Assembly (NCBI GenBank): GCA_030390025.1
Contig: JASTWF010000367.1
Location: forward strand, 434,001 to 471,723
DNA from: Squalus acanthias
Lineage: Eukaryota
Reading direction: 5' to 3'
DNA length: 37,723 nucleotides
A program made the translations under genes and the position numbers. This document shows positions 22,932-34,676 of this stretch, piece by piece. Each line of letters opens with the position of its first letter. The stretch's first letter is position 1. The notes under the pieces were generated by a model. It made no database searches. It saw only the letters and a list, made by a program, of their open reading frames with translations, and was not told where the DNA came from.

Positions 22932-23975
22932 GATCTGGATCCTGCCAGGTGTGTATGCGGTTTCACAGTGTATCAGGTTCCTGCCAGATGTGTATGCGGT
23001 TTCCCAGAGTATCAGGATCCTGCAAGGTGCGTATGGGTTTCACAGTGCATCAGGATCCTGCCATGTGTGTATGGGGTTTCACAGTGTATCAGGATCCTGC
23101 CAGGTTTTATGGGGTTTCACAGTGTATCAGGATCCTGCCAGGTGTGTATGGCGTTTCACCGTGTACCAGGATCCGGCCAGGTGTCTATGGTGTTTACAGT
23201 GTATCGGGATCCTGTCAGGTGTGTATTGGCTTCGACAGTATATCAGGAAACCTACAGGTGTGTATGGCATTTCACAGTGTAGCGGGATCCTCCGGGTGTT
23301 TATGCGGTTTCACAGTGTATCAGGATCCTTTCAGGTGTGTATGGGGTATCGCATTGTATCAGGATCTGCCAGTTCTGTATGGGGTTTCACAGTGTATCTG
23401 TTTCTGCCAGGTGTGTATGTGTATTCACAGTGTATCAGGATCCTGCCAGGTGTGTATGTGATTTCAGAGTGCATCTGGATCCTGCCAGGTTTCTATGAGT
23501 TTTCACTGTGTATGACGATCCTGGCAGTTGTGAATGGGATTTCACAGTGTATCAGTATTCTGCCAGATGTTTATGGGGTATCGCAGTGCATCAAGATCCT
23601 ACCAGGTGTGTATGGGTTTTCACAGAGTACCAAGATCCTGCCAGATGTGTATGGGATTTCACAGTGTATCAGTATTCTGCCAGGTGTGTATGGGGTTTCA
23701 CAGTGTATCAGAGTCCTGCCAGGTGTGTATGGGGTTTCACAGTGTATCAGGATTCTGCCAGGTGTGTATGGGGTTTCACAGTGTATCAGGATCCTGCCAG
23801 GTGTGTATGCGGTTGCACAGTATATCAGAATCCTGCCAGGTGTTTATGGGATTTCACAGTGTATCAGGATCCTGCCAGGTGAGTATGGGGTTTCACAGTG
23901 TATCAGGATCCTGCCAGGTGCGTATGGGGTTTCACCCTGTATCAGGATCCTGCCAGGTGTGAAAGGGGTTTCATC
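22932..23975. repeat. 39-bp satellite, first array of unit 2 (~27 copies)
   Basis: Same consensus. The junction ...ccccactgatctggatcctgcc is identical to that in unit 1. Confidence 0.95.
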
Positions 23976-23983
23976 GTATACCG

Positions 23984-24430
23984 CTGGAAATAAGCTTCAG
24001 AGATGAAGAGTAAAGTGAGAACTAGAAAAATAAAACACAAATAAAATTCAGAAGCTACATTAACCTTACCTTGATCCCGCAATGATTTTCTTTCTCTCTA
24101 TTTCCGTGTAGATTTTGCGAGTTTTATCCGTGTTATTTCACTGGAACCGATCATGCAGATTTTCCTTGTTGGTTTGAGCAAGTCACAAATTGTGAATTGC
24201 TCTGATTCTTGTTCTGTGAGATTCAGAGCTCCGCCCTCTGTGTGAAAGCTGCTGCCCGCCCTCAGGATCGATTTCAACTCAAACATTCCTCATTCGCTTC
24301 AGAACAGGGAGCGGCCTTTCTGGCTAAATCAAATTCAACCGGTTTGACAATTCGCTGCCACTTCACCTGTCAACAAAATTAGTTATATAATTGACGTCAT
24401 ATCTTCTTCCAGGGAAGTTCAGTAAAACAG
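23984..24430 (-). promoter_or_regulatory. Module M copy 3
   Basis: Counterpart of copy 1. Donor GT 24069-24068, TTCCAGGGAA 24407-24416, perfect CRE TGACGTCA 24392-24399. CCAAT is mutated to CCGAT. Confidence 0.42.
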
Positions 24431-25292
24431 AGATTTGCCCAAAGTCCCGGGGCCCTGCCACCTTATGGTAATTTGAGTAATTAATTTTAATATAAAGATC
24501 AATAATTTATTTCCTCCTGTCTGTGTGAAAGGTGGTTTCAGCCTGAAAACGATTTCCGTCTAAAACATTACTGAAGTTTGTTTCTCTTTAAAGGGATCAG
24601 TCTGTCTGAATTTTCGGCAACTTTGACAATAACCGCCTCATTATCATGTATTTATTTCAGCATAAACACAAGTCCCGGCTCCGTTCTCTAACCTAATTCA
24701 CGGGCGTTCTTGACTGAGTTAAACAATCATTTATCGATTAAAAAGCATTTCATTATTACAATTAATCGGGGAGTAGTTTTATCTCCGAAGTTGCTTCGAT
24801 CGAGTGACGGCGTCGCCTTCAGACCGGCCTCAGGTAACCAGAGGCTGATTTTCCAGGTGCTCGGCACAGAGCGATAATCAGCCAGTGCGAATGTGTTAAC
24901 ACTTTACTGAGCTGAACTGTATGTTGGCTCTGAACTACTGGTCCCGCCTTTGATCAGTTAAATAAAACTGTGCTGGACACCAAACGGTTCAGTGAGTAAA
25001 AGTCCGCACTGAGTTCCCAGGACCAGGTTCCCAGCCCTGTTTACTGAACTGCAAATTCTAACATGGGAAGGAGTAACCGCTGGACTTGGCTGGGTTAAAT
25101 CCCCAGATTTGGTCTTCCTGCTTTCTGTCGCGCAACCGCTTTAAACAGTGTCTGTGGGGAGACTGGTGGAGACCAGGAGTGAGATTAACCCTGAAATCCC
25201 CGGTGTAAAATGGATTGTCCTCAGTCACAGTCTGAGCCCACACTCACAGAATAGCCGTAAACCTGGACAACATATCAGACCGCGCGTAATAC

Positions 25293-25732
25293 GCTTTAGA
25301 GAGGAACGGTAAAGGGAGAAATCGAAGAATAAAACAAAAAATGAAGCTTAGACGCTACATTAACCTTACCTTGATCCCGCAAGGATTTTCTGTCTCTATT
25401 TCCGTGTTGGTTTTTGCGAGTTATATCCTTGTTGTCTCATTACAACCAATCAGGTAGATGCTCCTTGTTTTATTTTAGCAAGTCACAAATTGTGAATTTG
25501 ACCTGATCTTTGTTCTGTGAGACTCAGAGCTCCGCCTTCTGTGTCAAAGCAGCTGCCCGCCCGCCCTCAGGGTGGATTTCAATTCAAACATTCCTCATTT
25601 GCTTCAGAACAGGGAGCGGCCAGTATAACCAAATCAAATCGAAGCGGTTTGACAATTCGCTGCCGCTTCACCTGTGAACAAAGTTAGTGATAAAATGTCA
25701 TCCCTTCTTGTTCCTGGGAAGTTCAGTAAAAC
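25293..25732 (-). promoter_or_regulatory. Module M copy 4
   Basis: Counterpart of copy 2. Donor GT 25369-25368, CCAAT 25446, TTCCTGGGAA 25711-25720. Confidence 0.42.
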
Positions 25733-26526
25733 CAATACGTGGTTAGAAATAAATTGTTACATTTCCATCTGGGACATTGTTTGCTAAAATTCCCATCGAT
25801 TTTCTGAAGTTTGGGCTTTGAGACCAGAATCCCAGAGCCAGTATCTTGTCAGTGAGCTGAGAGGAGGTTGTTTCTGTACGTGAGGACATTAACCATTTAA
25901 ATGCCGAATTGAACTGTCCCTGAGCATCAATCTGCTCAGCTACTGGGAGAATGAGTTCTGACTTTCCACAGTTACATTTATCATAGTGAATCTGCAGCAG
26001 ATACGCCCTTTACATTGCTAGACACAGAAAGGACCATTCCTCTCCTGTAGTCGTTATCAATGTTGGAGTCTCCTCATTTTCAGGGTGGTTCTCAGACAGT
26101 AAAAAATATCCCCACCCCGGGATGGAAGTGCCTGAAGAGAGAAACTGTTTAAGGACACAGTATGGTGATAATTCCGAGGGGAGGATTGCGATATATTATT
26201 TATCTTTCTCATTTCTCCTCTGTTTTTAACCAGGATTAAGGATTCACTCCGGCCGGAAGCGCAGCCAGAAGATGCGGCCCCAAACATCGCCCGATATTTG
26301 TCTTCCTGTGAACACCCTCGCCATATATCTTCCCTTTATTGCTAATTAATATCTATCGTTAGTTTAAGCTGGAGTCTTTATATTATAACGAAACATTCAT
26401 ATGAACAAGTTAATCTCAGTAAATTCACTGTTAAATGAAAAGGGCGGGTAATTGCGGCGTTTCAAATGATAGAAGTGCCGAAAGTGCAGATACAGAGAGT
26501 GATTTCCCCTGGTGGGAGATTCCAGA

Positions 26527-27845
26527 TTCACAGTGTATCAGGATCCTGCCAGGTGTGTATGGGGTTTCACAGTGTCACAGGATTCTGCCAGGTGTGTATG
26601 GGGTTTCACAGTGTATCAGGATCCTGCCAGGTGTGTATGGGGTTTCACAGTGTATCAGGATCCTGCCAGGTGTGTATGGGGTTTCACAGTGTATCAGGAT
26701 CCTGGCAGGTATTTATGGGGCTTCACAGTGTATCAGGATCCTGCCAGGTGTATATGGGGTTTCGCAGTTTATCAGGATCCTACCAGGTGTGTATTTGGGG
26801 TTTCGCAGTATATCAGGATCCTGCCAGGTCTGTATGGGGTTTCACAGTGTTTCTGGATCCTGCCAGGTGTGTATGGGGTTTCTCAGTTTATCAGGATCCT
26901 ACCAGGTGTGTATGGGCTTTCGTAGTGTATCAGGATCCTACCAGGTGTGTATGGGGTTTCACAGTGAATCAGGATCCTGCCAGGTGTGTATGGGGTTTCA
27001 CAGTGTATCAGGATCCTACCAGGTGTGTATGGGGTTTCACAGTGAATCAGGATCCTGCCAGGTGTGTATGGGGTTTCACAGTGTATCAGGATCCTGCCAG
27101 GTGTGTATGGGGTTTCACAGTGTATCAGGATCCTGCCAGGGGTATATTGGGGTTTCGCAGTGTATCAGGATCCTGCCAGGGGTGTTTGTGGTTTCACAGT
27201 GTATAAGGATCCTGCCAGGTATTTGTATGGGGTTTCACAGTGTATCAGCATCCTGCCAGTTGTGTATGGGGTTTTCACAGTGTATCAGGATCCTTCCAGG
27301 TGTGTGTGGGCAACGCAGTTTATCAGGATCCTGCCAGGCTGTGTATGGGTTTTCACAGTGTATCAGGATCCTGCCAAGTGTGTAAGGGGTATCGCCGTAT
27401 ATCAGGATCCTGCCAGATGTGTGTGGGGTTTCACAGTGTATGACGATCCTGCCAGTTGCGTATGGGATTTCACAGTGTATCAGTATTCTGCCAGGTGTGT
27501 ATGGGGTTTCACAGTGTATCAGGATCCTGGCTGGTGTGTATGGGGTATCGCAGTGCATCAGGATCCTGCCAGGTGTGTATGGGTTATCATAGTGTATCAG
27601 GATCCTGCTAGGTGTGTATGGGATTTCACAGTGTATCAGGATTCTGCCAGGTGTACATGGGGTTTAAACAGTGTATCAGTATCCTGCCAGATGTATATTG
27701 GGTTTTACAATGTATCAGGATCCTGCCAAGTGTGTTTGGGTTTTACAGTGTATCAGGATCCTGCCAGGTGTGTATGGGGTTTTACAGTGTATCAGGAACT
27801 TGCCAGGTGTGTATGGTTTCAAAGTGTTTTGGGAACCTGCCAGGT
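26527..27845. repeat. 39-bp satellite, second array of unit 2 (~34 copies)
   Basis: Same consensus. Confidence 0.95.
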
Positions 27846-28147
27846 GCGTGTGGGGCAATGCCACAAATTTTCTCACACAGTGCAGGACAAATCCAGCATT
27901 ATTCCTGAGGTAGTGTATCTTCTGCAGGGAATATTGAAGTGGTGGTGATCATTGATGAATGTAATGATTCTGCACTCGGTATTCCAGTCCAGCAGCGTTG
28001 AAATATGTTTTATTGACGTATTTGTGTTTATTATTTTTGCTTGTTTATATGTTAACATTAAATTGCGGAATTTTTTGAATATTATATCTATCCACATACA
28101 CAATATATACTTGGGAATGGTACCTCGGATTTCTGTGGGTAATGACT

Positions 28148-31100
28148 TAGAGTCATAGAGTCATAGATTAATAGTTTCAAAACGGCAATGTAGAAGGCCT
28201 TTCGGCCCATCGAGTCGCGCCGGCTCTCTGTAGAGCAATCCAATCAGTCCCTTTCCCACTCTATCCACGTAGCTCTGTAAGTTTATTTCCCTCAAGTGAC
28301 TATCCAGTGTCACCTTGAAAACATTGAGTGTCTCCACTTCCACCACTTCCATCGGCAGCGAATTCCAGGTCATCACCATTCGCTGCATCAAAACGTTTTT
28401 CCTCACATCACCCCTGTATCTCATGCCCAACACCTTAAATCTATGTCCCCTCGTCCTTGTGCCGTCAACTAGTGGGAACAGCCTTTCCCCGTCTAGCCTG
28501 TCAAAACCAGTCGTAATCTTGTACACCTCTATCAAATCACCCCTCAAATTCCGTTGCACTAATGAGAACAATCCATCTTCTCCAACGTGTCATTGTACCT
28601 AAGATCCCCCATCCCCGGAAGCATTCTGGTAAATCTCCTCTGCACCCTCTCAAGGGCCGGCACATTCTTTCTAAACTGTGTTGACCAGAACTGGATGCAA
28701 TACTCCAGTTGTGGCCTAACCAGCAAGTTGTAAAAATTCAGCATAACTTCTCTACTTTTGTACTCAATATCTCTATTTATGCAGCCCAAGATCCCATATG
28801 CTTTGTTAAACACTCTCTCAATATGTCCTGCCACCTTCAGGGAACAAAGCACATTAACCCCAAAGTCCCTCATTCCCTGCACACTCTTTAAAACTGTGCC
28901 ATTAAGTGTATGTTGCCTTTCCCTGTTCCTTCTGCCCAAATGCATCACCTCACACTTCTCTGTATTCATTTCCATCTGTCACTTGTCTGTCCATGCTACT
29001 AACCCTTCTATGTCTCGATGCAGTCGATTGGTATCATCATCACTGTTTGCAATACCCCCACGTTTGTAGTCATCGGCAAATTTAGAAATTATTCTCTGTA
29101 TTTCAATATCCAAGTAATTTATATGTATCAAATAAAGCAGTGGCCGGTTCACTGACCCTTGGGGAACACCATTGTCTACCATTCTCAAGTCTGAACAATA
29201 GCCATTTACCACAACTCGCTGTTTTCTCTCCTTAATCCAATTCCTTATCCAAGCTGCCACTGACCACCTATTCCGTGAGCCTCAAATTTTAACCAGTCTT
29301 CTATGTGGTACTTGTCAAAGCCTTCCGAAAATCCATGTAGACAACATCCATTGCATCCCCTTCATCAATCTTCACTGTTACTTCATCAAAAAATTAAATT
29401 AGATTTGTCAAACACGATCTGACTTTTACAAATCCGTGTTGGCTCTCCTTCGTTAGCTCAAACCTCACCAAGTATCCGTTTATTTTTTCCTTGATTATTG
29501 TTTCCAATGTTTACCCACCACTGATGTTAAACTGACCGGCCTTTTGTTAATAGGATTGTCCATACACCCTTTCTTGAACAATGTTGTCACGTTTGCCACT
29601 TTCCAATCCTGAGGCACCTCACCCGCATCGAGAGAAGGTTATAAAATTATGGCAAGCCCTCCGCTATCTTCTCCCCCAATTCCCTTAGCAACCGGGGATG
29701 CAAGACATCTGGATCAGGCGGATTGTCCACTCTAAGCACACCCAGACATTCTCGTACATCATATCTATCAATTTTCACCCGTTCCATTGCTTCTATCTTT
29801 TCCATTTCGACCGATATGCTGTCAGCATCCACCTCCTTAGTAAACACCGATACAAATTACTCATTGACTATTCTAGCTTTGCCCTGCGCCTCTAAGCATA
29901 TATCACCTTATATATCTCTATTGGCCCCACTCCGCCTCTTACTTCCCACTTGCTGTTTACATTCCGGTAGAAGAGTTTTGGGTTCCCTTTCATGTTAACC
30001 GCCATTCTACTCTCATATTCTCTCTTTGCCAATCTTATTTTCATCTTCACATCCGCTCTAAACTTATTGTACTTGGTCCGGTTCAACCTTGAAGAATTCA
30101 CCTGACATTCATCATACACCCTCTTTTTTGTTTCATCATCTTCTCTATCTCCCTCGTCATCCAAGGAGCCCTTGCTTTGGTTACCTTACCCTTCCCTCTT
30201 GTTGGAATGTACCTAGCCTGTAGTTGGAACATCTGCTCCTTAAAGATCACTCATTCTTCCGTTACAGTTTTTCCTGTCAGTCCTTTGTTCAATTTTACCG
30301 TGGCTAGATCATTTCACATTTCATTGAAGTTAGCCCTATTCCAGTCTAGAAGTTCGACTTTAGATTGTTCCTTGCTCCTCTCCATTGCTAATCTAAATCT
30401 TATGATACGATGATCACTCGTATATAAGTGTTCTCCCACAGACACTTGGTCGAACTGGCCCACCTCATTCCCCAGTGACAAATCCAGCAATGCCTCCTTC
30501 CTAGTTTGGCCAAGAACATTTTGGTCAAGGAAATTCTCCTGAAAACAATTAAGAAATTCCTCCCCCTCCTTCCCCTTTACCCCAGCATTATCCCAATCTA
30601 TATGTTTTCACAAAGGAGAGGGCGAAGCAGACATTGCTATTGGGGGGGTGGGAGGAGTGTGAAATATTAGATGAATTAAACATAGTGAGAGAGGAAGCAG
30701 TAAGGGGTTAACAGCTTTAAAAGTGGATAAATCCCCAGTCCCGGATGAAATGTATCCCAGGCTGTTAAGCAAAGCAAAAGTGGATATAGCAGAGGCCCTG
30801 ACCATGATTTTTCAATCCTCTCTTGCTTCAGGTGTGCTGCCAGAAGACTGGAGGACTGCTAACTTGTACCCTCGTTTAAAAAGGGAGAAATAGAAAGACC
30901 GAGCAATTACAGGCCAGTCAGCCAAACCTTGGTGGTGGTAAAATTATTGGAAAGAATTCTGACGGGGAGGATAAATCTTAATTTAGAAAGACACGGATTA
31001 ATCAAGGATAGTCAGCACGGATTTGTTAAGGGAAGGTCATGTCTGACAAACTTGATTGCATTTTTTGAGGAGGTAACAAGGAGGGCAGATGAGGGTAGTG

Positions 31101-32570
31101 CGTTTGATGTAGTGTATATGGACTTTAGCAAAGCTTTTGATAAGGTTCCACATGGCAGACTGCTCACGAAGTTAAAAGCCCATGGGATTAAGGGCAAGTT
31201 GGATTCAAAACTGTCTCAGAGACAGGAAGCATAGGGTAATTGTTGATGGGTGTTTTTGTGACTGGAAGCCTGTTTCCAGTGGGGTTCTGCAGGGCTCAGT
31301 ACTAGTTCCCTTGCTTTCTGTGCGATATATAAACGATCTTGACTTGAATATAGGGGGTATGATTAAGTAGTTTGCAGATGATACTATAAACGGCGTGTGG
31401 TTCATACTGAAGAAGGAAGCTGTAGACTGCAGGAAGATATCAATAAATTGGTCAGGTGGGCAGAACAGTGGCAAATGCAATTCAATCCGGAGAAGTCTGC
31501 GGTAAAGCATTTGTGGAGGGCAAACAAGGAAAGGGAATACACATTAAATGGTAGAACACTGAGAAGCAGAGAGGAACAAAGTGAAGTTGGAGTGCATGTC
31601 CACGGATCCCTGAAGGTAGCAGGCCAAGTAGCTAAGTCATACGGAATGCTTGCCTTTATTAGCCGTAGCATAGAATACAAGAGCAGGGGGGTTATGCTTG
31701 AACTGTATAAAACACTTGTTAGGCCTCAGCTAGAGTACTGCGTGCAGTTCTGGTCACCACATTACAGGAAAGATGTGATTGCACTAGAGAGGGTACAGAG
31801 GAGATTTACAAGGATGTTGCCGGGAGTAGAGAATCTTAGCTATGAGGAAAGCCTGGCTAAGCTGGGTTTGTTTTCCTTGGAACAGAGGAGGCTGAGGGGA
31901 GACTTTATTGAGGTGTATAAAATTATGAGAGGTATAGATAAAGTGGATTGAAATGACCTATTTGCCTTAGCAGCGGGGTCAGAAACCCTGGGGGCACAGA
32001 TTTTAAGATATTGGGGGAATGTTTAGAGGGGTTTTGAGGGGACATTTCTTCTCCCAGAGGCTTGTGTGGGTCTGGAACTCACTGCTTGAAAGGGTGGTAG
32101 AGGCAGGATCCCCAACCACACTTAAAAATTACTTGGATGTGCACTTGGGATGCTCTAACCTGCAGGGCTACTGACCAAGGCTCGGAAGTGGGATTAGGCT
32201 GGATAGTTCATTGTTGGCGGCCGGGGATACGATGGGCCGAAATGGCCTCCTTCTGTGCTGTAACTTTCTATGTTTCTATTCTATGATATATGGGTAATTA
32301 AAGTCCCCCAATATCACCACACAATAGTTCTTGCATATATCTGTAATTGCCCTGCAGATATACTCCTCTACCTCCCTCTCACTATTTGGAGGCCGAAAGA
32401 ATACCCGTAATAGCGTGATCATACCCTTTTTGCGCCTCAACTTTAACCGAATGGATTCTGTTCTTGTCCCCTCAAGAAAATCCTCACTTTCCGAAACTAC
32501 AATGTCTTACTTAATCAGCGCTCTCATCCCAGCTCCCTTTTTTCCTTCCCTATCTTTTCTGAGCAACTTG
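28148..32570 (-). mobile_element. CR1-B, 5'-truncated and decayed (28148-30604 plus 32287-32570), interrupted by CR1-C
   Basis: Minus-strand EN/RT remnants. GDFNYPY (32310-32288) continues as IDWDNAGVKGKEGEEFL (from 30601 downward). The (GAGTCATA)n tail is at 28148. Confidence 0.92.
30605..32286 (+). mobile_element. CR1-C, 5'-truncated and decayed, nested antisense in CR1-B
   Basis: FTKE...QHGFVKGRSCLTNL...[13 protein letters not shown]...LVRPQLEYCVQFWSPHY, then the 3' stem-loop and TTCTAT tail. Flanked by a short TATAT(G) duplication (30599-30604 / 32287-32292). Confidence 0.92.
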
Positions 32571-33105
32571 TCCGTGTGTTCATAGAGATTTTTCCTGGTT
32601 GGTGCTTCTAATTGAATATATTGACCATATCTCTCATGGTGTCAGCAACTGACGAATGAAAAAGGGGGTGAGGACATTTACTGCTGTTGCAACATTATTA
32701 ACACTAACGTATAATGTACTGAATGATGAAACTTTAATCAGCGAGGTGCAGCAGAGCATTTATGTTTGGATTATGTTCGCGGTCTTACAACCTCAGAAAT
32801 CGCCATAAATATACAATTGGTAGATTTGCCTTCTGTTTCACAATCACAATTCTCCACTCGTTCGCGTTTACTCGCTGTGTCTGTGTCCACGCACGACCGT
32901 CCAATCCAACGATCAGTCAGCGTCATTTCCTTTCCCCACTGAGGAAATGTACAATTGATTTTGTCTCAGATCTGTAATTTCTCCAAATTATAGTTGAATT
33001 GTTTCTCTGTCATTATTTTATAACCAATTTGGAGACTTTTAAAAATGCAGTTACCTGCTGTTTTAATCAATAGTGACAGTAAAATAATAAATACACAACA
33101 AAAAT

Positions 33106-33293
33106 TTGCCACAGCACCACACCCCACTGACCCAGCCCCACACCCCACTGACCCAGCCCCACACCCCACCGACCCAGCCGCACACCCCACTGACCCAGCC
33201 CCACACCCCACTGACCCAGCCCCACATCCGTCAGACCCAGACCCACATCCCACTGTCCCAGCCCCACAACCCACTGACCCAGCCCCACACCCC
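33106..33293. repeat. 21-bp minisatellite stub, start of duplication unit 3
   Basis: Follows the same AT-rich spacer as 18612 and shares the diagnostic variant ccccacatccgtcagacccagacccacatccc (also at ~18832). Confidence 0.9.
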
Positions 33294-33727
33294 GGAAGCG
33301 GACCAGGTGGGAAGCACCCAGGTGAACGGCATTTAAGGAGGGTAGTGGCTTAAACCCGAGTTCCTACAGAGTAGGAACCCCCACCCGCCCTCCTCCTCTA
33401 ACCTACTAGTCTTTTAGCAGTTTAAAAACAAATTTTTTGGTCTCAGTTTCTTTTCAGCAGGGCAGGAACCGGGAGGAGCGGGAAGTCGGCGTAGGACCAA
33501 GGGGACACAAGACCGGCAAGTCAGCGAAAGACCAGGGAGGGAAGACTAACTGGTAAGTACTTTCCTCAAACCTTCCTAGAAAGTAAAACTAAAACTAGTG
33601 GGATTTGGTTAGTTTAAAAAGGAATAAGAGGAGTACTGTATACATTGGTCTAAGTAAGCTTCGGGAAAACAAAAGTCAATAAATAAACTAAAACTAGAAA
33701 ATTAAAAAGTAATATAAGGGTTAAGTC

Positions 33728-34676
33728 ATGGCAGTAGAGCTCGGACCTGTGTCATGCTCCTCCTGTAACATGTGGGAAATCAGGGACGCTTCCTGTGTCC
33801 CTGACAACCATGTGTGCGGGAAGTGTGTCCAGCTGCAGCTCATGTGGGACCGCATGACGGCCCTTGAGCTGCGGATGGACTCACTTTGGAGCATCCACGA
33901 TTCTGATAGGGTTGTGGATAGCACATTTAGTGAGTTGGTCACACCGCAGGTTAAGGCCAGCGTAGATAGTACATGGGTGACCAAAAGGCAGAGCAAGGGC
34001 AGGAAGGTAGTGCAGAAATCCCCTGGGGTTGTCTCCCTTAGCAACAGGTTCACCGCCTTAGGTGCTGTTGTCGGGGGGGGATGACTCATCGGGGGAAGGC
34101 ACCAGCAGCCAGGCTCATGGCACCATGACTGGCTCTGTTGCAAAGAAGGGAGGGAAAAAGAGTGGCAGGGCTATAGTAATAGGGGATTCGATTGTAAGGG
34201 GAATAGATAGGGGTTTCTGTGGTCGCGACCGAGACTCCAGGATGGTATGTTGCCTCCCTGGTGCAAGGGTCAAGGATGTCTCGGCGCGGGTGCAGAACAT
34301 TCTGGAGGGGGAGGGGGAACAGCCAGTTGTCGTGATACATGTTGGTACCAACGACGTAGCTAAAAAAAGGGAAGAGGTCCTACAAGTAGAATTTAGGGAG
34401 TTAGGAGCCAAGCTAAAAAGTAGGACCTCGAAGGTAGTAATCTCTGGATTACTACCAGTGCCACGTGCTAGTAAGAGTACAGAGAACAGGATAGTTAGGC
34501 TAAATACGTGGCTTGAGCAGTGGTGTAAGAGGGAGGGTTTTAAATTTTTGAGACATTGGAACCAGTTTTGTGGTAGGTGTGACCTATACAAAAGGGACGG
34601 TCTACACCTGTGCAAAGATGGAACTGATGTTCTCGGGGTAATTTTTGATAAAGCAGTTCGGGAGCATTTAAACTAG
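33728..34676 (+). CDS. CR1-D ORF1p: zinc finger/leucine zipper + SGNH esterase; single +1 frameshift in a G8 run (34073-34080)
   Basis: 33728-34084 (CSSC...CGKC, coiled coil) and 34062-34676 (IGDSIVR, GTND, DGLHL, EHLN*) join into one frame if one G is removed. Confidence 0.88.

Larger units (their letters stand above)
18612..33105. repeat. Segmental duplication unit 2 (paralog of ~474-18611; a third unit starts at 33106)
   Basis: Colinear matches: 9267/22932 (array junction), 11225/24070, 13390/26234, 14876/28150, 18080-18612/32570-33106. Confidence 0.95.

Noticed and set aside
24098..24286. 62-aa minus-strand ORF in module M (also the small ORFs 12060-12399 and 13213-13443)
   Set aside because: Truncated or frameshifted in paralogous copies (module M ORF), or lacking any recognisable homology.
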